Shown: positions 38,336 to 47,704, numbered from the stretch's first letter. The stretch: DNA of 64,000 nt from Acidobacteriota bacterium (GCA_003166795.1 PMUS01000096.1:1619-65618); one strand, 5' to 3'. Notes: generated by a model not told the origin, from the sequence alone. Program-made: numbers and translations.

Positions 38336-41300
38336 CTACTGTTGCGGCGGAGGCTGCGGAGCAGGCGCTGGCGGCCCGGGGGCAGGTTCCGCCGGCGGCG
38401 GAGGCGCCGCTCCGGGCGGCACCGGCTGGCCGGGAGGCGGCGTGAAGACCGGCGCAGCTTCGGCTCCGCCTGGACCTTCGAGCGAACCCTGGCCGGCATA
38501 GACGACGTGGTCCTTGCGCGGCGATAGCCGGACCAGGCGCGGCGTCACGAGAATCAGCAGTTGGCTATCTTGTTTCTGGTTGTTCTGATCCTGGTCAAGC
38601 AAGCCGACGCCGGGAACTTCGGCGACTCCAGGGTTTCCGGTGATGGCGTTCGAGAGTTGCGTTTCGCGAAATCCAGCGACGATGGCTGTTTCATTCTGCT
38701 TGAGCCGCACGGTCTGCTGCACGGACTCGTTGCTGATCACCGGGATCGCATTGAAGCTCTGCGCGGTCACGCTGCTGATCTCGAACGAGAGATCGAGCGT
38801 CACGTCATTATCCGGATGGATGCGCGGCGTGGCTTTCACCTTCAGTCCGATGTCGAGATATTGCGCGCCGGGGAACTGCGTGCCCGCCGAGCTGAGCCCC
38901 GAACCGAGAAGGTCGATCGAGTTCAGGATCACGGTGGCCTCCGCGGATCCATTATCCGCGGTGGCGGCGTCTGGCCTGCCGTCACCATTGAAATCGGCCG
39001 TGACGATGGAAACAGGATCCGTGCCGACCGGTATCTCGGGAATGGTAGAGGTGAAAACGCCGGTGCCCTCGTTGAAAAGGATCGTAACCGCGTTGTCAGT
39101 GGAATCCGACAGCGCGATATCGGGGAAACCGTCCTGATTGAAGTCGGCCACCGCGATTGACGTCGGTCCGGTCCCGGCAGCGTAGGTGGCCGGGGCGGTG
39201 AATGTCCCGTTTCCTGTGTCAATCTGGTTCGGATTCGGATTCCCGAAAAAAATTGTAACGCTGTTGCCGGTTACGCCGGTGCCGTTCGTTGCGGTGGAAG
39301 GCGCTCCGCTATTGGCGATAGCGAGATCGGTCACGCCATCTCCGTTGAAATCCGCGGTGGCCACAAAAGCGGGCGTGTTCCCCACCACATAAGGCGACTG
39401 CGGTGCCTGAGTGAAGGTGCCATCGCCATTGCCGAGCAAGATCTGCACGATGCCTGCATTGTTGCTGACGGTGGCCTCCTCGGTGACAACCAGGTCCGTG
39501 TGGCCGCTATTGGTGAAGTGCCCCGTGGCGAGCGAGGTTGGTGCGAAACCCGAGGGGAGCTGGACCAGGGTGGGTGGCTTGAAGGTGCCGTCGCCATTCC
39601 CCTGATAGATCGTAATCGTGTCATCGGTCTGATTGGCGACGGCAAGATCCAGGAAGCCTGTTGCCGCGATATCGTGAAAATCGGCGGCAACGACGCAAAC
39701 GGGCGCCTTGCCAGTCGGTATGTCGGTGCCGGCAACGAACGTGCCAGTCGCGGTGCTGGTGCTGTCCTCCTGTCCGAGAAGAATCGAAACCGTGTTCGAT
39801 CCCTTGTTGGCGACGGCAAGATCAATGGTCGGGTTGTTGGTTGCATCGAACGAGCCGGTTGCGATCCAGACCGGATCGGTATCGGTGGTCGCGCCCAGCG
39901 GGTAGGCCACTTGATTTGCGAATGTGCCGTCGCCATTGCCGAGCAGAACCGAGACGGTATTGTCCGCCGAATTCGCGACGATCAAATCATAAAAGGTGCC
40001 GTCAACAGTGCTATTGCCGCGCAGGATGTTGGTGGCCACGAAGGACGGCGAATTCCCTGTCGCATAATTCACGAGCGGATTGGCAATCGTGCCGGGACTG
40101 TTCAGCGTCCCGTTCAGGAGACTGGGAGAAAAAGTGGAAAGCGAAACGGGAATGCGGTCGCCGACAAAAAACGTGGCGGGCTGGCCGTCCTGGACGCGGA
40201 GGAGAACCCGGCGGCCGTGGCGCACGAGCGAAAGCATTTGCGCGAAATTCGCCGAAGCGCCCGGAAGCTGCGCGAAAAAAGTCGTCAGGCCCCCGCCGAA
40301 AGCGATCACATTCGGAGTCGAGGTTCCCAGGACCTGCTCGATCACGTCAATGAGACCCTCCTCGGACGCCGCGGCTTGCTGAATCTGCTGCGAACTGACC
40401 GTGAACACCTGCGCGCTCTGCGGAGGGGTGATGCCGAGATTCAGCGCGTTCGTGCGATCCACTTCAAGGATTTCGATTTCCAGAATCAGCTCGCCGGTGG
40501 GCCGCTCGAGATCGTCAATCAAGTCCGTGGCCAGAGCGACAGCCTGCGGCGACGCGCGCAACGTGAGCGTGCGAGCGCGAGGATCGAGTTCCGAGCGTGT
40601 GATGCCCGCGACTTCGCGCACCAGGCGTGTAATTTCGGTCATCTGCTCGGGCGTTTCAGAAGCAGGCAGCAGAACGGTGCGGACGACCGATGCTTCGTAC
40701 TCCTTGCGCTTCTGCGGAGTATTTTCGGTGACGAAAAAAAGGCGCGGCGTCAGCGCTCGCCAAAAGGTTCCGGTCATGTCGCCCAGCAGCCTCGCGGCCG
40801 TCGGAAAATCAACGTCGTCGTAGTGGAATCGAATCTGCCGCGAATGCAGATCCACGTCGAAGGCAACTTCCAATCCGAACTGGCGCCCGAGTTCTTCGTA
40901 GGCTCCCTCCGTGTCCCCGCGATAATCGAAGTTCCGGTTACCGGTCTGATACTCGAGGTGCGGCTCGCCGGCCAGTTCAACCACCGGCGTCTTGGGGAGT
41001 TGGCCGGCCTCTGCGACGGCCAACTGCGCCAGCCGCTCGCGCACCGTCGAGCTTAGGGGGTCCAGGAAGCTCGCGCTGAGCAATTGCTTGCGCGCGTCAT
41101 CCAGGCGGCCGGAAATCGCGTCGCGCTCCGCGGCGTCCATTTTGGATTGAACCAGGCGGCTCTTCGCAATTTCGCGGTGCAGGGCATATTCACGATTGGC
41201 GGGCGCCCAGTTGGCGGCATCCGTGTAGGCGGTGTAGGCCGCATCCCAGTCTTGCTGCCGTTCGGCTTGAGTTCCCTGCTCGTATGCGGTCTTGGCCTTC

Positions 41301-41482
41301 TTGACGTCCGCCTTGTCCGGCTTGTTGGTGGAAACCGGAACGGGAGATTGTGACGGTGCCTGCGTGCGCGCGGACGGCGCTAGAAAAATGGCGATGACGA
41401 CCGGCACGAGGATGGCCCTCGTCCAAGCATGGAAGGTGCGCGAGGCGCCGGAGCGGTCTGCGGAATAAGCTCTAATTACCAT
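38336..41482 (-). CDS. secretin-family outer-membrane protein with an internal seven-blade FG-GAP/VCBS propeller and a Pro-rich C-terminal tail
   Basis: 1048 aa with a signal/anchor AILVPVVIAIFLAPSARTQA. The two secretin C-domain halves are ELILEIEILEVDRTNALNLG...FFVGDRIPV and YLDIGLKVKATPRI...NPGVAEVPGVGLL...LLILVTPRLV. Between them lie seven repeats of the ADFNGDG...LLGNGDGTF type. Confidence 0.85.
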   Translation of the reverse strand: MVIRAYSADRSGASRTFHAWTRAILVPVVIAIFLAPSARTQAPSQSPVPVSTNKPDKADVKKAKTAYEQGTQAERQQDWDAAYTAYTDAANWAPANREYALHREIAKSRLVQSKMDAAERDAISGRLDDARKQLLSASFLDPLSSTVRERLAQLAVAEAGQLPKTPVVELAGEPHLEYQTGNRNFDYRGDTEGAYEELGRQFGLEVAFDVDLHSRQIRFHYDDVDFPTAARLLGDMTGTFWRALTPRLFFVTENTPQKRKEYEASVVRTVLLPASETPEQMTEITRLVREVAGITRSELDPRARTLTLRASPQAVALATDLIDDLERPTGELILEIEILEVDRTNALNLGITPPQSAQVFTVSSQQIQQAAASEEGLIDVIEQVLGTSTPNVIAFGGGLTTFFAQLPGASANFAQMLSLVRHGRRVLLRVQDGQPATFFVGDRIPVSLSTFSPSLLNGTLNSPGTIANPLVNYATGNSPSFVATNILRGNSTVDGTFYDLIVANSADNTVSVLLGNGDGTFANQVAYPLGATTDTDPVWIATGSFDATNNPTIDLAVANKGSNTVSILLGQEDSTSTATGTFVAGTDIPTGKAPVCVVAADFHDIAATGFLDLAVANQTDDTITIYQGNGDGTFKPPTLVQLPSGFAPTSLATGHFTNSGHTDLVVTEEATVSNNAGIVQILLGNGDGTFTQAPQSPYVVGNTPAFVATADFNGDGVTDLAIANSGAPSTATNGTGVTGNSVTIFFGNPNPNQIDTGNGTFTAPATYAAGTGPTSIAVADFNQDGFPDIALSDSTDNAVTILFNEGTGVFTSTIPEIPVGTDPVSIVTADFNGDGRPDAATADNGSAEATVILNSIDLLGSGLSSAGTQFPGAQYLDIGLKVKATPRIHPDNDVTLDLSFEISSVTAQSFNAIPVISNESVQQTVRLKQNETAIVAGFRETQLSNAITGNPGVAEVPGVGLLDQDQNNQKQDSQLLILVTPRLVRLSPRKDHVVYAGQGSLEGPGGAEAAPVFTPPPGQPVPPGAAPPPPAEPAPGPPAPAPQPPPQQ

Positions 41483-41608
41483 CGTATCTAGGATGCATAT
41501 TGTACAAGGATCGGCTTCCGCGGGCAGGGGCCTGAATGTGCTTGATTTTAATGGGTCGGAAATATAGACTCGAATCGTAGTTGAAACCGATTTACAACTG
41601 GGATACTC

Positions 41609-42871
41609 ATGCTTTCCGCTCTTTTGGTGGCCCTCCGGGAAGGCGTCGAAGCCGCGCTTGTCGTCGGCATTGTACTCGTTTATCTAAATCGTAGCGGACG
41701 GCGCTCCCTGAAGGTGTACGCCTGGGCTGGCGTCCTGCTGGCCTGCGCTGCAAGCGTTGCCGCTGCCCTGTTACTCCAACGCTGGGCCATCAGCGAGGAT
41801 GGCTTTGAGGGCCTGCTGATGTTGCTGGCGGCGGTGCTCGTTGTCACCATGATCGTGTGGATGAACCGCGTGGCGCGCACCCTGCGAAAGGACATCGAGC
41901 GGCGCGTCGAGGCATACGCGCAGCAGTCCACGCGGGCTGCCGGGTGGGGCGTCGGGGCGTTCGTGTTCTTCATGGTGGTGCGCGAGGGCGCGGAACTGGT
42001 CCTGATCCTGCGCGCAGTGGAGCTTTCGACTGCCGGCGTGCAAGTCTGGATCGGAACGCTGTTGGGGATCGCCATCGCGGTCGGCGTGGGATACTTTTTC
42101 TTTCAGGGCACGCTGCGGATTCCGCTGCACCGATTTTTCACGGCGACAAGCGTCATTCTGACGGTGGTCGCTTTCCAACTGGCGCTCACAGGGGTTCACG
42201 AGTTGAGCGAGGCGATGTGGATCTGGTCGAGCAAGACGGAAATGGCATGGGTCGGGCCGGTCGTCCGCAACGAGGTTTTCTTTTTCGCCTTGATTCTGGG
42301 TGTGGCGGCGCTGGTGGTGCTGCGGGAATGGTTCAGCGCCCGGCGGCCAGCCGACGATTCCGCGGCAAATCCCGCCGAGCGGCGCATGCGCGAATGGGAA
42401 TTCCGCCGACAGCGGCGATGGAGTTTTGCGGCCGCCATCCTGTGTTCGCTCGTGGTGGTTTCGCTCGCGGCCGAGTTCGCCTATGCCCGCGCGACGAACG
42501 CCCCTTCACCGGGGAAAATGCTCGCCGTAGAAAATAATCGCGTCCGCATCCCTCTTTCCGAACTGACCGACTCGAGCCTGCATTTTTATACCGCCGAGGT
42601 GAACGGCACCGTGATCCGTTTCCTGGTGATCCACCAGACGAATGGCGATTACGTGACGGCTCTCGATGCATGCCAGATATGTGGCCGCAAAGGATACCGC
42701 CAGGAAGGGCAGAACATCATCTGCCGGAATTGCGGGGCGTCCATCTACGTTCCTTCAATCGGCGACCACGGCGGTTGCAATCCCATCCCCGTGAAATCGA
42801 GTGTGGCAGGGGGAGAAGTGATCGTAGATCTTTCGGCGCTCGCGGATGCCACCGCGATGATTCACTCCTAG
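41609..42871 (+). CDS. FTR1-family iron permease fused to a C-terminal DUF2318 (Cys-rich, Cj1660-like) domain
   Basis: Two RExxE motifs (REGVEAALVV, REGAELVLIL) sit in the TM region. The C-terminus is ALDACQICGRKGYRQEGQNIICRNCGASIYVPSIGDHGGCNPIPV. Confidence 0.8.
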   Translation: MLSALLVALREGVEAALVVGIVLVYLNRSGRRSLKVYAWAGVLLACAASVAAALLLQRWAISEDGFEGLLMLLAAVLVVTMIVWMNRVARTLRKDIERRVEAYAQQSTRAAGWGVGAFVFFMVVREGAELVLILRAVELSTAGVQVWIGTLLGIAIAVGVGYFFFQGTLRIPLHRFFTATSVILTVVAFQLALTGVHELSEAMWIWSSKTEMAWVGPVVRNEVFFFALILGVAALVVLREWFSARRPADDSAANPAERRMREWEFRRQRRWSFAAAILCSLVVVSLAAEFAYARATNAPSPGKMLAVENNRVRIPLSELTDSSLHFYTAEVNGTVIRFLVIHQTNGDYVTALDACQICGRKGYRQEGQNIICRNCGASIYVPSIGDHGGCNPIPVKSSVAGGEVIVDLSALADATAMIHS

Positions 42872-42872
42872 C

Positions 42873-44153
42873 ATGTTTGCCCGCCTCGTACGCGAGTCCT
42901 TCGTCCGCAATCCGCGCCGCAAGGTGCTGACAGCCGCGGCGCTAGTCGTGGGCATGGCCGTGGCGACGGCGACGCTGACGGTGGCGCTGGAAGTGGGCGA
43001 CCGCCTCGCGCGGGAATTTCGCAGCCTCGGCGCCAACCTGATCGTCACCCCCGAATCGGACACTTTGCCGCTGGAAATTGGAGGCGTTGATTACCGCCCG
43101 GTGGATGAAGGCGCATATCTGTCCGAGGCCGATCTCGGCAAGCTGAAGACGATTTTCTGGCGGCACAATATCCTCGGCTTCACGCCATTTCTCGACGTAC
43201 CAACGATCGCCGCAGGCATGCGCACCACGATGGTCGGCACGTGGTACGAACATGAAGTGCCTGTGCCGGACGGCACGAGTTTCGAGACCGGTCTGAAAGC
43301 TACGCACCCCTCGTGGCAGATTGAGGGCCGGTGGTTCCGCGACGGCGCGGATGAAGTCGTCGTGGGCGCGGCGCTCGCCGCGCGGAATCCGGATGCCTTC
43401 GCCATCGGGAAAACAATCCAAGTCACCCAAAGCGAACCGTCGGATGCGGCGCGGGCGCTGGTGATCACTGGAATCGCGACGACGGGCGACTCGGAGGACA
43501 ACGCCATTCTCGTTCCCCTCTCGTTCGCGCAGCAATATTCGGGACACCCGGGGCAATTCCGGCAGCTTTTCGTGAGCGCTCTGACAAAACCAGCCGATGC
43601 GCTTGCGAATCGCGATCCGAAATCGCTGACGCCAACGGAGTACGACCGCTGGTTCTGTTCGCCCTACATCTCTTCCATCAGCTATCAGATCCGGCAGGTA
43701 ATTCCGGGCGTTGACGTGCGCGCGATCCGCAAAGTGGCGGATTCGGAGGGAAAGATTCTGTCGCATGTGAGCACACTGCTCTGGATCGTGACGCTCGCGG
43801 CTCTGATTGCGGCGGCGCTCGCCGTGGCGGCGACATCGGCGACAACCGTGATCGAGCGGCGCGGAGAAATCGGCATCATGAAGGCGATTGGAGCGACGAA
43901 CGCCATGGTCGCGGGACTTTTTCTGGCGGAGCAGCTGATGCTCGCGGTTGTGGGGGGCGCTATCGGTTTTCTTTTCGGAGCCGGCCTCGCTAGAATTCTG
44001 GGCGCAAGCGTGTTTGGCACGCCGGCCGCGCCGCGCGTCGTGCTGCTTCCGGTGGCGCTTGGAATCGCCGCGCTCGTTGCATTGATCGGCAGCCTGATTC
44101 CCCTGAGGCGGGCGGCGCGATTCGATCCCGCGCCGATTCTGCGGGGAGAGTAA
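42873..44153 (+). CDS. ABC transporter permease, FtsX/MacB-type
   Basis: 426 aa: an N-terminal TM, a large periplasmic domain, and a C-terminal FtsX bundle (MKAIGATNAMVAGLFLAEQL). The ATG lies 1 nt after the upstream stop. Confidence 0.85.
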   Translation: MFARLVRESFVRNPRRKVLTAAALVVGMAVATATLTVALEVGDRLAREFRSLGANLIVTPESDTLPLEIGGVDYRPVDEGAYLSEADLGKLKTIFWRHNILGFTPFLDVPTIAAGMRTTMVGTWYEHEVPVPDGTSFETGLKATHPSWQIEGRWFRDGADEVVVGAALAARNPDAFAIGKTIQVTQSEPSDAARALVITGIATTGDSEDNAILVPLSFAQQYSGHPGQFRQLFVSALTKPADALANRDPKSLTPTEYDRWFCSPYISSISYQIRQVIPGVDVRAIRKVADSEGKILSHVSTLLWIVTLAALIAAALAVAATSATTVIERRGEIGIMKAIGATNAMVAGLFLAEQLMLAVVGGAIGFLFGAGLARILGASVFGTPAAPRVVLLPVALGIAALVALIGSLIPLRRAARFDPAPILRGE

Positions 44154-45313
44154 TGTTCGGGCGCCTTCTCTGGAAATTACTTCGAGGCAATCGCGGGCGG
44201 CTGACGGTGGCGCTGGTGGCCGTGATCAGCGGCGCTGCCGTAATTTCCGCCCTCTTGAATCTCGAATTTGACGTCGAACGCAAGCTGACCCAGGAATTCC
44301 GCCTGCTCGGCGCAAACATCGTAATTTCGCCCGGCAACCCCGCGCAAGCGAACGACGCACCAAGCAATTCGCCTGCGACCTCCGCGTCGCCCGCTCTGAT
44401 GAGCGAGGCTGCGGTCCTTCCACAGGTTGACCGCATGCGCACGAGCGACGTGGTGGCATCCGCGCCTTACGTCTATATCGTGGCGCGCGCGCACGATACT
44501 CCCATTGTGGTTGCCGGGACGTGGCTCGACGAGGCGCGCAAGCTCGAGCCAACCTGGAAGCTCGAAGGAGAGGCGATCGCATCGCGCGGTGACGCGACAC
44601 AGTGTTACGTGGGACGCGACGTGGCGCGTCAATTCGACGTGGCGCCCGGCGGTCAACTTGAATTGGATTATCTGGGGCGAAGCGCGCGGCTGACTATCGC
44701 CGGTGTCGTGGATGCCGGAGGCGCCGAGGATAGTCAGGTGTTCGTGAATCTTGCGGTTGCGCAAAAGCTGGCGGGTCTGGAAGGCCAGATTCAATTCGTG
44801 CAATTAAGCGTGAGCGGAACTGCCGCAAGCATCGGCGGCTATGCCGGGCGATTGGCGAATTCCCTGCCCGGCTACGACGTGCGCCCGATCCGGCAGGTGA
44901 CCGAAGCGGAAGGCAATCTGCTGAGCCGCACGCGGCTGCTGATTGCCTCGATGGTGGTGCTGATCCTGGCGCTTACGGCGCTGTGCGTGCTGGCGACAAT
45001 GGCCGCGCTCGCGATGGAGCGGCGCGCGGACGTGGGCCTGATGAAGGCTCTCGGCGGAACAATGTCGCGCATTGTAGGATTGTTCCTCGCCGAAGTGGGC
45101 GTGCTCGGCGCGGCTGGCGGATTGATCGGATGCGTCGCGGGCGTGGCGCTGGCGCAGTGGATGGGGCACCGCGTCTTCGGGACCTCCATCACCCCGCGCT
45201 GGGAAATCTTCCCGCTTACGATCGCTTTGATGATAGCCGTGGCCATGATGGGCGCGCTGCCCCTGCGACGATTAGGGAAAGTGAAGCCGGCTGTGATTCT
45301 GAGGGGCGAATAG
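44153..45313 (+). CDS. ABC transporter permease, FtsX/MacB-type
   Basis: 386 aa with the same architecture (MKALGGTMSRIVGLFLAEVG). There is a TAATG stop/start overlap with the upstream gene. Confidence 0.85.
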   Translation: MFGRLLWKLLRGNRGRLTVALVAVISGAAVISALLNLEFDVERKLTQEFRLLGANIVISPGNPAQANDAPSNSPATSASPALMSEAAVLPQVDRMRTSDVVASAPYVYIVARAHDTPIVVAGTWLDEARKLEPTWKLEGEAIASRGDATQCYVGRDVARQFDVAPGGQLELDYLGRSARLTIAGVVDAGGAEDSQVFVNLAVAQKLAGLEGQIQFVQLSVSGTAASIGGYAGRLANSLPGYDVRPIRQVTEAEGNLLSRTRLLIASMVVLILALTALCVLATMAALAMERRADVGLMKALGGTMSRIVGLFLAEVGVLGAAGGLIGCVAGVALAQWMGHRVFGTSITPRWEIFPLTIALMIAVAMMGALPLRRLGKVKPAVILRGE

Positions 45314-45978
45314 TGGCTGTGCTGGTCCAAATCGAGAACCTGCGAAAAGAGTTTGGGAACGTGTGCGCGCTCGACGGCGTGACGTTCGATGTGCAAGCAG
45401 GCGAATGGATCGCCATCATGGGGCCTTCAGGCTCGGGCAAGACGACACTGATCAATATTTTGGGCGGGCTAGACACGCCAACTTCTGGGCGAGCGATAGT
45501 GGACGGCGCGGACGTGGGGCGGCTCGACGAAAGCGGGCTAGCGCGATTTCGTTCGGAGAAGATCGGCTTCATATTCCAGCAATTTCATCTGGTGCCGTAC
45601 TTGACGGCGATTGAAAACGTGATGCTCGCGCAGTATTTTCACAGCACGACGGACGAAACCGAGGCCCGCGAAGCTCTCGGGCGCGTGGGCCTCACCGATC
45701 GCGTCGAGCATTTGCCGGGACAGCTTTCCGGCGGCGAGCAGCAGCGCGTGGCCGTGGCGCGGGCGCTGATCAACCACCCTAAATTAATTCTCGCCGACGA
45801 GCCCACCGGAAATCTCGACGAGGCGAACGAGGGAATCGTGCTGAAGCTCCTGCGCGAGTTGCATTCCGAGGGGCACACGATCCTGATGGTGACGCACGCT
45901 GCTTCGATCGGGCAATTGGCCGACCGCCGAATCGAGCTCGCGCACGGCCGCCTCGCGCAGGTAAACGTACGAGTCTAA
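45313..45978 (+). CDS. ABC transporter ATP-binding protein (MacB/LolD-like)
   Basis: GPSGSGKTT (Walker A), LSGGEQQRVAVARAL and ILADEPTGNLD are present. The GTG start overlaps the upstream TAG (TAGTG). The in-frame region upstream in the track ORF is not coding for this protein. Confidence 0.9.
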   Translation: MAVLVQIENLRKEFGNVCALDGVTFDVQAGEWIAIMGPSGSGKTTLINILGGLDTPTSGRAIVDGADVGRLDESGLARFRSEKIGFIFQQFHLVPYLTAIENVMLAQYFHSTTDETEAREALGRVGLTDRVEHLPGQLSGGEQQRVAVARALINHPKLILADEPTGNLDEANEGIVLKLLRELHSEGHTILMVTHAASIGQLADRRIELAHGRLAQVNVRV

Positions 45979-46055
45979 TCACAGGCTTGCATTCTTCGTG
46001 CAGCTAACGGGTGCGCTCGTGGGCCCTCGATTGTCCCCGGGCTTATACTTCCGGA

Positions 46056-46715
46056 ATGGAAGAACGCATACAAGTTGATGTGAGCCAATACTCCTTCGAT
46101 GAATTCATTTCATTCCTGTTCGCTCGGGGTGTTCCTGGCAAGACTGAGGAATACGATCCTTGGTATTTCCATGTCGAAGTGACATTTGCGCCTCGGAGGG
46201 TCTGCGACTATTACCTTCAACTGTTTCGGCAGCCGGAATTTCTTCTCAAACGGTTCTCCAAAGATCAAATTGAGGAGGGTTTCTGGGTAATTCAAGGCCC
46301 CAATCTTGACTGTTCAGTATCCCGTCTAATCTGGAACGCCGATGTAGAGTTTCCGGTGCGAGAAGAGTGCGTACGAACCATGTTCGATCTATATAAGCGC
46401 CTTTTCGCCGTTGAACATCTGGATAGCTCGGCTCAGATGTGGTGGGATTCAATCTGTTACGACTGGCACTGCGGTAACAGGAATCGCGACAGAGGTGGTG
46501 AGGATTTGGAGATGCAGGATGTCATATTTGAAACGCTCTCCAGAATTCTCTCGCTGGGCTCTGAGTTCTGCCAGCGTGCTGCGCTTCACGGCTTGGGTCA
46601 CCTTCACCATCCCGAGACGCAAGAACTTGTTGATTTATATCTGAAATCGCATCTTTCGCTGAGCGAGGAATCTAGGGCGTACGCTCTCGCTGCCGCTAAG
46701 TTTGAAGTGTTATGA
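46056..46715 (+). CDS. hypothetical protein in a low-GC islet
   Basis: 219 aa from MEERIQVD. GC counted on two 60-nt lines is 48-50%, versus about 65% in the flanks. No family recognised; LHGLGHLHHPETQELV looks like a HEAT-type helix pair. Confidence 0.6.
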   Translation: MEERIQVDVSQYSFDEFISFLFARGVPGKTEEYDPWYFHVEVTFAPRRVCDYYLQLFRQPEFLLKRFSKDQIEEGFWVIQGPNLDCSVSRLIWNADVEFPVREECVRTMFDLYKRLFAVEHLDSSAQMWWDSICYDWHCGNRNRDRGGEDLEMQDVIFETLSRILSLGSEFCQRAALHGLGHLHHPETQELVDLYLKSHLSLSEESRAYALAAAKFEVL

Positions 46716-46780
46716 AAAAATCAGAGACGAGCTGATCTACGGACTGGTCGCTCAGGAGTAGCGCTGGACGGGTGCAGAGG

Positions 46781-47167
46781 CTAAGAGTCGGTGAGCATCT
46801 TGTATTGAACGGAAGTGAGAGGAACGACCGAGAGTCTGCCGATGCGCACGAGAGGCGAATCGGCGAAAAGCTTGTTGGACTTGATTTCGGCGAGCGTGAC
46901 CGGCTTCGCCAACGCTTTTCCGGCTTTAATCTTAACTTTGGGATTCTTGGGATCCGATGCGTTCACCGACACTACAGTAGCCGTGCCCACGGCGCTCTTG
47001 CGGTCACCCGTCTCGTAAATGATCAGCCGCGTTCCCGGCGTCATCTCCCGGAGATTTTTCACCGCGGTGGGATTGGAGACGCCGTCCCAGACCGTCGCAC
47101 CGTCGCGCTGAAGATTCTCGAACGAATATTCCGAAGGTTCTGTTTTAAGCAGGTAGTCGGCGGACAT
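46781..47167 (-). CDS. EVE (PUA-like) domain protein
   Basis: 128 aa. YLLKTEPSEYSFENLQRDGATVWDGVSNPTAVKNLREMTPGTRLIIYETG is a typical EVE/DUF55 opening. Confidence 0.8.
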   Translation of the reverse strand: MSADYLLKTEPSEYSFENLQRDGATVWDGVSNPTAVKNLREMTPGTRLIIYETGDRKSAVGTATVVSVNASDPKNPKVKIKAGKALAKPVTLAEIKSNKLFADSPLVRIGRLSVVPLTSVQYKMLTDS

Positions 47168-47272
47168 GGCATCCTCGCATTAAGAGTATGACGCGGCACC
47201 ATTCTACATGCGGGCGCGGCAATCTCGAGCGAAAGTAGAGCGCGCCGCGCGATCTGCTAGAATGATGTCGAA

Positions 47273-47659
47273 ATGCCGCTGCCAATTGATTCGCGGAAAA
47301 AACCGACCGACGTGAAAGTGTTCGTGACGACGGGCGAGGGCGTCGCGATCGCGTGGTCCGACGGGCACGCCAGCCGGTACACGTTTCCCTACTTGCGCGA
47401 CGAGTGCCCGTGCGCGACGTGCAGAGACGAGCGCGAAAAGAAAGCTCAGGACAAACCGGCCGCCGCGAATCCTCTGCCGATGTTCAAGCCGCGCGTCACA
47501 GCCAAATCGGCGACGTCCGTCGGTAACTACGCGATACAAATTCAGTTTTCCGACGGTCACTCCACGGGCATTTACAGCTTCGACGCGCTTCGGGAGTTGT
47601 GTCCCTGCGAGGCATGTGCGAAAGAGTTTCGGCACGCGGCGAAGGAAACGACCGCATAA
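47273..47659 (+). CDS. DUF971 (gamma-butyrobetaine hydroxylase-like N-terminal) domain protein
   Basis: GVAIAWSDGHASRYTFPYLRDECPCATC and IQFSDGHSTGIYSFDALRELCPC are both present. Confidence 0.8.
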   Translation: MPLPIDSRKKPTDVKVFVTTGEGVAIAWSDGHASRYTFPYLRDECPCATCRDEREKKAQDKPAAANPLPMFKPRVTAKSATSVGNYAIQIQFSDGHSTGIYSFDALRELCPCEACAKEFRHAAKETTA

Positions 47660-47704
47660 ATGCACCGCCGCGATTCAGCAGAGCGAGACTGCGAACCCGC
47701 GGAA

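Noticed and set aside
38204-38527. Arg-rich 107-aa ORF at the truB/secretin junction
   Set aside because: It is the antisense reading of the secretin poly-Pro tail (CCG/CCC codons read as GGC/CGG), so it is a compositional artefact.
41483-41608. A Fur box in the divergent secretin/FTR1 promoter region
   Set aside because: I found only a weak AATCG-N12-CGATT inverted repeat and nothing close to the GATAATGATAATCATTATC consensus. I did not call it.
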